Below are positions 13,501 to 26,400 of a stretch of DNA of 64,000 nucleotides, in pieces. Within the stretch, counting starts at the first letter, position 1, and the number at the start of each line of letters is the position of its first letter. A model generated the notes under the pieces. The model made no database searches. It saw only the letters and a list, made by a program, of their open reading frames with translations, and was not told where the DNA came from. The DNA is from Balanoglossus misakiensis (taxonomy: Eukaryota; Animalia; Hemichordata), in NCBI GenBank assembly GCA_040954595.2, contig CM082580.2, positions 10,986,809 to 11,050,808 of the forward strand, given 5' to 3'. The translations under genes and the position numbers were made by a program.

Positions 13501-15788
13501 CCACTGACCATGAGTTGTGCTATTTATCGAAAATCAGGGCTTCCAAAAACCTAGAATGATTTAATTCGAAGACAAACGCACCAGTTTTGGTGCATTTAGC
13601 ATGTGATCAAGTAGAAACCGTTTCAGCGCAGGTACACGCGATTTTGACGTAAGTAATATCAGAATGTGTAGTACATCTATTTGTCCCGCTGATATTCGCC
13701 ACGGTAGCCGTATTAAACCAACAATAAAAGCGATGTTTACATGGTAATTGTGTTTAATATCCAGCATAGCTGAACATATACAAGAATATATCGTTATAAT
13801 CTCCAATTGATGAGAAATGACCTTATTATAGAATCACACATGTCCATACTCACGCACTTTAGCATTTTATGGATTTTGATGATCTAAATTTAGCACAGTT
13901 TTACACATATGTTGGCTTTAGTAATTTATGCATTTAAGAATTATGCAGGAACTTTGCATCACGCTTGTCAACTACCAGAATCCCCGCTGGCGAGTTTTCT
14001 TATCAGTAACATCATATTGGTGATAAATTTTATTTTTTTAATCTTCTGGTAATAATTTTAATATTCTGTTAATGGAACATATAAATATTTTTGATTAAGT
14101 CTAACTGTATCCCCGGCTGTAGATCATTTATAATGATTGATGGCGCTGTCAATTGGTATAAATTTTCCATATGATTTTCCCCCAATAAAGTGAAAATCGA
14201 ACGTCGACCAAAAAATAATAAACTATGAAGAATTCTTTTAATTTGTTTTTAACCGATAATAATACTGATGATGATAATGATGATCATGAAAACGATAATG
14301 ATCACCCAAATATTATTGTTCTCATTACTTGATGATGACGTCCCTCAGACACGCCTTAGTGCACGGTTCTATATACATGTACGTGTTATGGTAAAGGGTT
14401 CGAAGAATGCTAAATCTCACTTTAAAAAAACAGAGGGTGTGTGATATTTTTTTCACTGTCAGATTACAGCGTTTCACGCTTGGTGAGCAAGGAAACTTTT
14501 ATCATATCTCGTGTTATGTATAGCCGGTTATCACAAATATAACCGAAGTCGCCAAATGTCTATATCTATAGTCCCTATACTATTGAGTCGAGCCTCCAGA
14601 GAGGGATAATTTAAAAAAAAACTTCTGCTTTTCGCGCTACTTCTCATTAATACAGCACTGGGAACAGAGCGTCCTTCATCCAGAAAACCAATTAATCATC
14701 CACTCATTTATAATTCACGGCCTGTGCGCGTATAATTAATTACCAGGCCTAATTACAGTCCGAGAAATGTAATACTGTATCTGAGTCTACTCATACTTTT
14801 TATTAACAACCAGAGAACATTGTTAAATTCAAATAGTCATTGTCTAGCTGGAAGCAGGGTGATAATTAAATGCTAAAAATTTACGAAACGATGACAGTCA
14901 ATCGGAAGTGTTCAAAGAATATATAATCACCTCTGATTTACATATGCCCATATATGGTTAAATCTGTGATTGACTAGATCTCCTCTTCCTAGGGTAATTT
15001 TGGCTAAACTTGCATAGGTATTTTCAGGATTGGTCAAGAATTGAATTTTGTTATTAACATTGTTTTGCTGCCTTGTTTACGTCTGACTGATGTATAAGCC
15101 AGCTACAAGAATTAAACACGATGCTCGGGACAGAAAGTCGGCTAAAGCCGCCCCAAAATGATAAATGTGTTCACCATGCTTCCCCAGTGTTTGTAGTCAA
15201 ACAGACTCGTTAGACTAGACACTGAAAAGCACTATGACTCCGATAAAATGTTGTCGTACCTTGTTCTAAAGGTCTTCATGTTGTGTTACCTCATTCCCAA
15301 AGGAAGTACAGTGGATGACGGATTAGGCAAAAAACTGTCAGCCATGTTCGAATTCGAATGCCTTGCGGACCCGTGAATCATATCTCCTGCCTAGAGATTT
15401 CCAACATGTTTCCAGATCACTGTGTTGGCTCAAAATATGACATTTGATTCTCCTGGTGGAAAAGACAGTGTTTTATTATTTACGTATTTTGGTAGTTATT
15501 CAATTGTCGTCAAAAGCATCTTATATTACAGTTTTCAGTTACAGGAAAATGTAATAATGAAAATTTTGGTTCACGAACTTTCATCGTTTCCAGTAAAATT
15601 TAAAATCCTGAGTCAGATTTTATTGGGATTTTTGTTTCTGTTGTCATACATCAAGTAAACCATGTTTGATAGATGAGTAAGCGATTTATTGGCTGTGGGA
15701 ACGGGTTATATGCTCAAAGATTAGATGCACCCAAGCTCAAAATGCCGTAATTTTATATGAAAATTCATACTACAATGTTGCCATCGGG

Positions 15789-16104
15789 TGACGTCACTCG
15801 AGGGAATTGCTGATATTGTAAAAAATAAATCTATTTCATGATTTATATGCTTTGTTTTTATTCTCGAGGGCTCTACGTCTTTATCATGAATCAAATAAAA
15901 AATCGCATATATTGAGAACGATGAAAGCAGTGCACGAAGAAATAGCAATATCTTTTTTTTAATCCCGTACTGGGCGGTTAGATTAGACCCGTCGTCATGG
16001 TGACTTTCAAAAGTAGGAAAACTTGGGAGAAGTGATTTCGACTCTGCATGTGGAAGCATTGTGGGAGTCTCTTTATGACGGCCTTTGACTTCTCTGTGAC
16101 GTCA
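15789..16104. promoter_or_regulatory. Pair of perfect CRE palindromes (GTGACGTCAC)
   Basis: TGACGTCA at 15789-15796 and 16097-16104, both extended to 10-bp palindromes. Confidence 0.35.
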
Positions 16105-17541
16105 CACTGGCAGCAAACATGTGCATATTCCACGGGGCGATCACACAGATACGAATATAGGTCTCGCCATTGGTTCACGGGTAAGAAACAGCGATTCTCA
16201 GAATTAGACCAGGTTTTCCGATCAATAAGTACCGCCATCTTCTGTTTTATCTAAATCGATGGGGACTGATAGTCAGGCAATCTTGGATTCAGAAACATTT
16301 AGCGAGTTCACCTGTCATGCGCAGTAACCGGTTGACAGATTGGGCGCCTGCTAATAGAAATGCGATCGGCAGGTTGTAGAGGAAGACCAAACATGTACGT
16401 ATATGAACCTCTTTACAGATCAGATGCCTTGAAAGGTTCACAAATCGACTGATACTACGCCGTGTATTTCGTTTTAGAAAAAGGACCCACCCGCGATTCT
16501 TTTGTTGTTGTGCATATCCAACACCCGATGCTGAGAAATCTCACTCGGTATAATTAGGGAGTCCACAGACAGTGGAGCCCGAAGGAGTCACAGTTGAATA
16601 TAGAGGAAATAACAGCTCTGTTACCATGACAACAAATAGATGGAATGAAAAGGAGAGCAGCGACGCCAGTGGATATTTGGCGGGATTGAAATTATTTCAT
16701 GGGTGCATAAATATTGGAAATGGCTTAAGTGAGATATCTTTTTAAAGCGGCCTTTTTGGCTGAGAAGTTGATATTCGATCGTTCCGCATGGCAGTGTATT
16801 GATGGAGATCGGAGGGACTGGTGAATTGATCGGTTTCAAATTGAATAACAAGAAGCGTGAAAACATTCTCTTTTTTTGTCACTTTGACGATATCACGTCG
16901 GGCATCCTGTTATGTCGATCTTTCAAAGCGTCTTTTTCAAACGTTTTCACAAATCGTCGTCTGATCTATCGCGCCATTGCAGAAGTGGAACTTGTACCGA
17001 AAGCGGACTACATCCGGGTAGTTGTTAGCGAACTTTTTGTGTTGTCACGTCGTTATTATCAGTGAGACTTAGAGCACTTGCAGATACGAAACCGGGCATC
17101 CATAATGTTGAATAGATCAACACTAGTACTACTAGATTTCTGACAGGCTTATTAGAAAGACTGACATACATGTAGTTTCAAGTTGCGAACTGGTTTGCTG
17201 CAAAAATGAAATTACGAAACTTGGGATGATTAATGTCTAATTAAACAAGTATATGTTTGGTTCATTTTGGTAAATATACTTGTGAGTCATTATTATTTAT
17301 CATTATTATTTATAAGTAATTTATCATAGGTAAATTTATTACCGCGCGAAGCGGAAAGTCCAATAGAACGAGTAAGCTCCCAAGAGGGGCTTATTTTAGT
17401 TCTGAATACATTATAAAATTATAACATTAATATTAGTAATACACGAATCTTGCCGTGGTCTATGCGCGTCTGACTGTATGTAGTGTGAAGTTAATGTTCA
17501 AGCAAGCAAGCGGACAAGCACATACTTGTCGCTGAGCAATT

Positions 17542-17580
17542 AGACAGACAGACAGACAGACAGGCAGGCAGGCAGGCAGA
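17542..17580. repeat. Compound microsatellite (AGAC)n(AGGC)n
   Basis: agacagacagacagacagacaggcaggcaggcaggcaga. Confidence 0.9.
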
Positions 17581-20227
17581 GATATGAAAGCAGATGCTGG
17601 TGTCCAATCTCTTTCAATTCATGTATCTGCCGTTTTTTTCCACAGTGTTTAAAAATATTTATAGAAACACGTAGAGAATGCCATTGATTCTTTTGTACGT
17701 TGATCTTTAAATGGCGATGATGGAAAACTATTGTTGTCGGTTACTGGTGCTAATAGAGCACGATTGTGCGAGTGATGTGATAGTGAGCCTTCCTTGTGCA
17801 TTTTCCGGCGCGATGGGCGAAGGCAAAACGAACCCTTATTTACATGTCATAGAGAAAGGACAAATAAATGCGTTGAGTTGCATGCAAAAGAGACCTCGCA
17901 GCGATCTAAATGAAACGACGAGAACGTGCACGGAAACGCAAATTGAAAACGGTGCCAAGGCATTACTTACAGTTGGCAGACACGAATGCAGTTTCATCTT
18001 TGGATCTTTATTGTCCTGTCTTATACTGCCTGAGTGAATCGTACGCACAGACGACCCACTTCTTTGGCAATTAACAAACTGTCTACTCAATAGATTGGTG
18101 ATCAGGTCGCTGCATTGTGACTGTCGATTCACTGTGGTTGCAGATTAGGTGCTGAAATTGGGAGGCAAGTTAGCCTTGCAGATGAAACGTTTGCGAGTAA
18201 GAAATCATTGTATAGACCTGAAAAACCCTCTTCCAAGTTGACTTGTTTGTCGCTAGAAATTAGTTTTACTGTGTGCAGGCAGCAATTTTATCAACAAAAA
18301 TGGTCTAATTTGCCAGTAAATTTGTTCTGAAAAGTTGGAAGTGAATAAGTATATAAAGTGGTCGGCGTTAAAGCGACTACGTACCTTTCTCCATAGAGGC
18401 AATTATCTTAACTTTTGAACGGTTACCAAGCAACCATGTTGAACGGAAACGCGCAGTCGTGGCAAACATGCATGTGACTGGTGCTGCTTTGTAGCGAAGA
18501 ATTACGGCACGTTAAGATGGAAATGGGAACATATGGGCCGCGGGAAAATATTTGTCGACGATTTTATGTAATAATACAGTAATATTTCACCCTTTAAAAG
18601 TTAACCAGCCGTTGTAAGGGTGTGAGTGCGAGGGTTAATTAGTCGTTAACATGTAAGACCAGCAAGGTTCCAATCTGTCCTTCACCGTTGGAGGCGCGGT
18701 GTCCATGATCTCGTGTTGTCGGTTGCCAGGTTGCAGACGCGGTCACCATTTCAAACTGAGGCGGCGATGACAACCTGATCAATTGGCAACCAGCTGGCCA
18801 GATGTAGAATTAATCGGATATTGGGAGAAGCGAGGGGAAAACGATGCCTGACATCGTGAAAAGTGTTTTGGTTCAATATATTTAAATTGATCGCACTGCT
18901 GTTTGTTGTCGCGCATCAAAACAAACTGTAAGTTTTGGCATTATGCCCGATCAGATGAAACATTCTCTGTGAATGAATAATAGGCCTAATAAGACCATCC
19001 ATCGAATAGCAGTGTACAACCCTTTGGTTCACGCTGACCAAATCTTGGGGGTACCGCTCGAGGAAAAAAAACAACGTTGGCCTCCGAGTCAGAGAGATGA
19101 GACACGCATTCGAAGTTTTCGTACGATCGCGTCTCTAAATCTGACACTTTTAAAAAATATCCTATCTTGTTTTGTCGCTGTTATCTTGAAGGTTTTGTTT
19201 CATACAGTGGATTTTGATCCGTGATTGTGTTGTGCGATACTCATATTCGATTCCAGGAAAATATTTTCCTATCAGATTCTGACAAACCCTTTACTCGGCA
19301 GTCATCTCATATTGTTTTCCCGTGACATCTCGCTAAATAGAAAGATCGAATGATTTGTTTTGTGTATGTGAAAAGAAACACCGTTGAACATCGTGACGGT
19401 TAGTACTTGTAATAAATGAGGTATGTGTTGATGTGTAGTAAAACTTCATGAGCGCAACAGTGATCACAAAAGATTTACCGCTATATTCTTGTGGGCCTTA
19501 GTCCATTTGAAACTCCTTTCAACGTCTGTTTAGTTGTCTGGTTCCCTTGTTCGGCTTAATGTATCAGGACGACGTCTCAATACAGATAGATTCTACGGCA
19601 ATTAATTACCCATCTCGTAAAATTTAACGATTTGCTAATTTTGGCCGTCCTTTTAAAACCATGTTTAAATGTTTCTACTAAATAACAACTATCGGTGAAA
19701 GATCGATGGCGGTTTATGCCAGTCCAGGTCTGAAGGCCCGGCTCTGCTAACCACTAACGCCGCGACGATTCCAAATTATCCCCGTGGCATATTTGATTAA
19801 AATACCCGGGAATTTATTGATAACCTCGGAACCCGCGCCCGGATGTTTCATTAATACCGGATGTAGTGACATCGTATGCAAAAGTTGACTATTAATTTTG
19901 TCTTTTAATTAATTAAGTGAAAGTCATTACTGGCGCCGCTGTTTCTGATACCTTTATAATTAGTGACGCAATAGGTATTTACTGGCGCGGCGTGAAGGAT
20001 ACCGGGACGACTATGGTAACTGTCGAATGTAGTTCGTCGTTTTCACCCACGACGTTTGGTGTCAAAATCGATTTTTAACCTTTTAAGTGTGCGCAGTAAC
20101 TTTTCCCGGGTGCATAGGCGAGGCGTATAGTTGTCTTCTCTCATGAATGCTTTACGGCTTCAATTGACAGTTATCCACGGGCCGCCGATTTTTTTTTCAT
20201 TCTGGCTTTGATTTTTTTGGCCTCTAG

Positions 20228-20435
20228 GTTTTCATCCCCTTGGTCCTGGTGATCTTGGCCGGAAGCATGGCGACGGACGACCATCAGTCGATGCCGCAAA
20301 TCCCGTGGGAATACTCGGAATCCATCCTTGACTACTACAAGTATGCGGAGTACTACGGATACAACCTCAGCATTCCCCTGGACATGTGCCTGTTGATGTT
20401 CCAACTGGATCCCTACCTGGAGATCACCAACTCGA
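20228..20435 (+). CDS. CRHR: CRF/DH44-type receptor, alternative N-terminal exon A (signal-peptide h-region plus ECD helix with Cys1)
   Basis: Polypyrimidine acceptor tttttttggcctctag, then VFIPLVLVILAGSMATDDHQSMPQIPWEYSESILDYYKYAEYYGYNLSIPLDMCLLMFQLDPYLEITNS+A, then donor gtgagt. 208 bp, phase 0 to phase 1, GC-rich third codon positions. Fits exon 38878 in frame. Confidence 0.75.
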
Positions 20436-21328
20436 GTGAGTAAATTTCTTAATATATACGGTCCCCTGTGTCCAAGAAAATATTCGCCAACCATTGTTGA
20501 AAGGTATGGTAGGGGTTTAGTTAGCCTGGGCAATGGCAGTATGAACTCCACGCATGGTCAGGGCCACGGGCGCATTTGCCGTTGCTCGGTCAAGGTTGAG
20601 GCCACTAGCCTAACCTGCCACCCACGAGACCTGCCCTTTACTTCGTAATAGACAGTCGATTGCTCGGCCTTTGTCCTCGCATACTGTCACGTCGACCTTG
20701 GGCTCTACCCGACGCTGTCAACTCGGGTCGGGGTAGGTGTTGGCCCTGTCAAAACGTTTAATCGACAGAACTGGTAATATCATGTAACTTCCCTGTACAG
20801 TCAAAGGTCACAGACAGATCCACGTCGATACACACTGATACGTGCACACATCGTCCTCAACTTGCATTTGCGCATAAGTTGAGTTCCTTTGATTTGATTG
20901 CAAACGTCGGTATCGACCTTTGAAAACCTTGCTCGAGTCTCGTTTCCTTGTTGAACTATTTTTCAATTAACCGAATGTCACTTTCGAAGACACGAATAAT
21001 TTTTTGTGACCTCCTTTGCAAGGCGGGAGTTCCGAGAGAGCGACGGAAGGTATGCAAGTGATGCATTGTGTTTGGCTTCATGGCACATTGAACCGTTACA
21101 ATCCACGCGGATGGAACCCATATCATGGAGTCAGATAATATTGCGTAGATTCTATCTTTCCATAGCGAGAAAGGATCGTAATTTAAATCAGACATCGGAT
21201 TTCACCGATTTAACTGATCGTTTGTGAGTGTGCCATGTCGAATCTGAAATGTGAACACGGTTGGTAACATGGATGTTGAGGTATCAGCACTCACAATGCA
21301 CGTTCTAAATTTCTCTCTCCCCAACCCT

Positions 21329-21354
21329 CTGTCTGTCTGTCTGTCTGTCTGTCT
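21329..21354. repeat. (CTGT)n microsatellite
   Basis: About 6 copies of ctgt. Confidence 0.9.
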
Positions 21355-23396
21355 CTCACTCATACACGTAGTAATGAACTGGGTGACTGACAGCCTTAGT
21401 TTCGGATGACGGTGTATCATGTGTATATCTGTAACGATTGGCCTTTTAATGACGGATTATTCCCCATGATTGTGTTTGGTGATGAATATACGATGGTACT
21501 GGAAAGCCAATCAGATGACAAACGCACACAGACGAAATAAGGCAGTGTAAATAACTGCGTTTTGGGTGAACAATTTGGCACTTGCAAACCGTGTACGCTC
21601 AGACATGGCGCCAGTTAATTTCCAAATTGGCACACCCAAAGCCGCGTTAAGGTGTCCACACAGTGCAGTGATAACTTTAACAACCCTCAGAGGGAATTGC
21701 TAGCTGTTTGCCTTGTGATATAACCGTGATTGAAAGCCACCCACTCAAAAACATGTCAGAATGCACAACGCACCACGTGCTACAGCTGGAAATTTCAACC
21801 CCAGCAGTTCATGTATCCAACGCGAACTCGTTCATGACGACATCTTTGGTGAATTCGCAGATCGTTGGTAAAATATGACAATACTGACAGTGTACAGTAT
21901 TTTGGTTTTTCATTATGTACGCGTTTCATTTATAGGCCAATTTCACGACCCCTACATGACCTTTCATCCTCGTACTTCCGTTGGTATGAACGCATCAGGT
22001 TGACTATTACCTTTTTAAAAACTCTAAAATGGCGGCTGAAGTTAATAAATCATGGAATAAATTACAAAAGTGACCCTTTTTCAAGCAACATTTTAATCGT
22101 TTCTTGTCACAAAATGCTGAATTCTAACAACCCCGTACCACCGGAAGTACGAGGATGCGGGTCGAAAGAAACTTTAAACTTTTTATCGGGCTTTAAATTA
22201 AGTATCATCTGATGTTCCACACACAAGCTGTGATGTTAGTTTTGTTGTGCAAGCACTAATCATACTGTCATCAAACGCTAAATACTCGGCGCCGTTTTCA
22301 TGATATCATCCCACTTGTTATTCAAATCGCCATTATTATGCAAAACAGGCAAACCGTGTTATTTTCAATTTCAGCGCTGTTTGCATTTCCTGTTATTACT
22401 TTTCCCTCCAAAAAGAAACCTAATTTGTTAACGCATTTCAATGAATGGAAACAACAAGTTTCTACAGCTACAGGGAAGTAATAATGTTGTTCCTTGTGGA
22501 TTCAAAACGATCAAATAAATTGATCTGGAAAAAACCTGTTCTTGTTCGTTCTTCAATTTGATTAAAGTCACTCGACTGGCGCGGTTCACGATATTGGTCT
22601 GCCGGTGCTACTTGTGTTAAACCACGACTGATTAGAACATGTCTTCAATTTATGAAACCGAAGATAGAAAACTTCAGGGTAAAACATATTAAAAGCTTTC
22701 AAACCGTTTCACGTTTCATACATTCAAGTTTGTGAACAGGGACTGTATTTATATTGCATGAAAATATGGAAGGTATGGCGACCGATATGTTACGGTCTAC
22801 TGCAGCACTTCCTTGCTGGCCAACAGTGCTAGAATTTTGTTATTTTAATTGTACGCCAGATCAGCCGAATAGTCTGCGTTTAAATGCCTTTTAAACATGT
22901 CACATTGATTTCGAGCGGCCATCTTCACGACAGTTTCTCCCGCTCTTGCGCATTTCATTATCTTCTTCCAAAGCCTTGCACTGCACTCGATGCAGCACTC
23001 ATCTGAACGCATTAGCACCAACGGGCCTTGTGAGTGTCCATCATTTTTGTTGTTGTCGGAACCATCGAGACAGTTTCTACATCTTCCATACCAAGGGGAA
23101 ATACACAAGTTTCTCTATGAAGTGTTTGCTGCCATAGTAACGGATCACGGGAATATTCAGTAGTGTGTCTCAGTAACATCTTCCATGATGCCCCCTAATT
23201 AGGCCGATGTCTAGAGCTGCGCAGATATTAAATGTTACGTGGACAAGACTGTAAGAGCGGTGGTTATTGAGTCTAATGATCCTAATCTTACGACAGAGAA
23301 CGATCTTCGTCACAGGAAGTATAATTCAAGTCATAACGGTCGGTCGATCGATTGTCCCTCAGCCGCGGATCTAATTCTGGGCCTTCTGGATTGGGT

Positions 23397-23425
23397 TGTG
23401 TGCGTGCGTGCGTGCGTGTGTGTGT
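23397..23425. repeat. (GCGT)n/(GT)n microsatellite
   Basis: tgtgtgcgtgcgtgcgtgcgtgtgtgtgt. Confidence 0.8.
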
Positions 23426-26400
23426 CCACTGCCATTACTCAGACACTCAAACTTAGCCAGTGTAATGCAAATACTTGAGACCATAAAGTTTGTGCAAAGC
23501 GAATGTACGATGTATGATGTGCATATGTACACTATCAGCGGCGGCTCTGACATTGATAACTACTTACGTGCTAAATTTATAGATAGCATCGTCTGTAAGT
23601 CGACTTCATATTGCGACTGTTATGGCTTTAAGGGATAGGCCTATATTAAAACTGCACAGAACAGTGATAAGAGGCTTATTACACTGAATTATTTCTCTCG
23701 CACTGAAAAAGAAAGTGGGCTTTTCTTTGAATAGCTGTCAAATTTACTTTAGAACCCATTGATAATATGTCAACGAGAGGGAGGGGATGAGATATGGAGG
23801 GATGGCGGGAAGGGGAGGGGGATCCCCAGATAACAAGAGCATGGGAAGACATAATGCAAGTAGACGTCGTTTTAATTACAGAATGTGATTTCTAGGCATA
23901 AAACATTAATAACTTATTCATTGCAATCCCATGATTTGAGTATGATGCCTTCCTTTCTCTATAGCTAGGATAGGTAATAGTCGATTGAACAATTTACGTC
24001 GCAGTGTAATTGGCACTGACAGGTTAATGAGGATTCGCATTTGAATGCAAGCTTTAATACCCCGTAAAACAGCAGTCAGGGAGAGTCAAATCATTTGCCG
24101 AGTGCACGGAATGGAAGTTACATCCACGAGATAATCAGACGGACAGCAACAGAAGACTAGAGAGATGTATATATTATCACAGTGTGTGCACGAGCATGCG
24201 CATTTCTGTATCTCTAAAGCAGTCTGACTTAGGTCGAAAGAGAGGCTTACATGTACACCTACGTGTACTTACCTGCCTGTATGTTTCTTTGTCTCGATCT
24301 GTCAATGCATAACTTTCAGTGTTATTTCTCTCTGTTTGTGATTTGCCTGCTTCTATGTGGTCGGTTTTGCATCCGTCTTTTGGGTGATGTGCTTAATCCA
24401 GCGTCTCCGCATTTCATTCGACAGTTACCTTTCATCATGGCAGTTTTCCAATCTCGCGTCAAGTACAGCTGCTTCGGTGAACGTGGCATTATTTTGAATT
24501 CACGGTCAATTTGTGCGGCGGAGGGAATCGATTTGATATCACATCTATTCTTCGACGTTTCTCACCGAGCATTTTCGGTCATTGCGTGAGGGCATTGATC
24601 TGTAAGGACGCGTGTACAGTCCCATCGGTTGCGATCTCTGTTCTAAAATTTGTTTACTGACAACTTATCCAGCATCATTTCCTTATGAGGTCCATCAAAC
24701 ATGGCGGACTAGCCGCCATTTTGTACAAAGCCCAGAGCCCGAAGAGCAATGAAAAAATCCAGAGGAAATATTCGTTATATATCATTTGCCGACTTCAATT
24801 ATTGCAACGCCAATGATCTGTTCACACGTAGTCAAACTTTGTGGGTTTTTCTTCTTAAATTAATATACAGAAACAAAGAGAAATCAACAATTTCTTGTAA
24901 CCATAGACCGTCGATACTGTCTTTGTTTCTGACGTCTTTGTAAATATTTCGAGATCTTACTCGGGGAGATGGGGTACATTTTAAAATTCTATAGGCTCGT
25001 TCGTCGGTGTGCTTAGGGCGACCGCAGATCCATCGACATGAAGATCTAAAAGCATTTGAAGTATCTAGGGGCTGTGCCTGTTTTTCGAGTTCGCGGCGTC
25101 CGTGTATGACTGCCAGCGATATCTCCTCAGAGAGATAATCGCTATGAAAGAAATAATTGTTTACGTGCTGTTTGATTCTCAAACTTTATTTTCTTCAGAA
25201 TTGAGAATCGTCCAATAATGATCAAATCATAGTTTTGAAATGACAATTGCGTACGAATATGTATATGATTGAATGAGGTACATAAAATAATGAAGAAGAA
25301 AAGACACTGTGACAAAACAACACAACACAACACAACAGTCAACTCCAGATATCCAGTTTATGAAGGTTGTACGACAGGGATAGAAAAGATGTTCCAGATT
25401 AAACAGGGTTTGATTCGGCCAGCTATCACTGTAGAACTAAATCATGTCTATAAACAGACTGGAAAATTTCAATCATATTGTCAATAACAAAGAGGATACA
25501 AAATCAATTGCAGCCCTTAACAGTATATTCCAACCTCTTCATTGTAAGCGCAATAACGCCATATAACCTAAATGTGAAAATAATCCGCACAAAGTGAAAA
25601 TAGCTTATAATATCTGATACACCGAGTGCGCCGGGTTGAATTACAAATGGACCCATATCACCACATGAATAAATAAAATCGAAACAAAAAACAATTCACG
25701 AGTCAAATTGAAAAAAATACAACTTCGGGCGGTTCTTTGCCACCATGTAACACATGCACGCGTATATTGTACCCCCGTGGCCAGAAATCTGCGCAAGAAA
25801 TTGATTCACCACTGGACGAATGTTCTGGCGATATTCCCTTCTCAACTCTTGTATCTTGTCTCATGCAACGTTTAATGCATTCATTGGAATCAGATTCGTG
25901 AGATTAGTTTATTGATACACCACGTGACTCACTGAGCCTGTCGAACTACCGCGCACGCGTACTAATGTGTGCTGTGGGTACCAGTTTTCTACCCTTTGAT
26001 TCTACTCAACGACAGAGGTTCGAGTAAATTATTCAAAATGCAGGAATTGAAATATTGCTGTGAGGTTATTCGTGGCGACTACCTGCCAAACGCGCGCGCG
26101 ACGAGTTTCTCACATTACGGCGCATTTTACCAATACTGTCTTGAGTGTTAGTAGTATCCAGGCAACCCTGGATTTGGGCGCAGTTGAGGTACCCTGGATA
26201 TGCGAAAATTAAAGGCAGTGGAAATTTTGCAACAAGTGCCAAGAGCGATGGGAATTTATGAGGCGTTGAGGAACAATCAGAAACTGAATGATCGTTTGCT
26301 GAGGGGTTGGGTCCTTTGATCTAGAGGTGTAAAGTGCTGAAGGCCTCATTTTCCCTGAAATATTCTCCTGAATAAACGACGTTATTCCCCACACGTTTGC

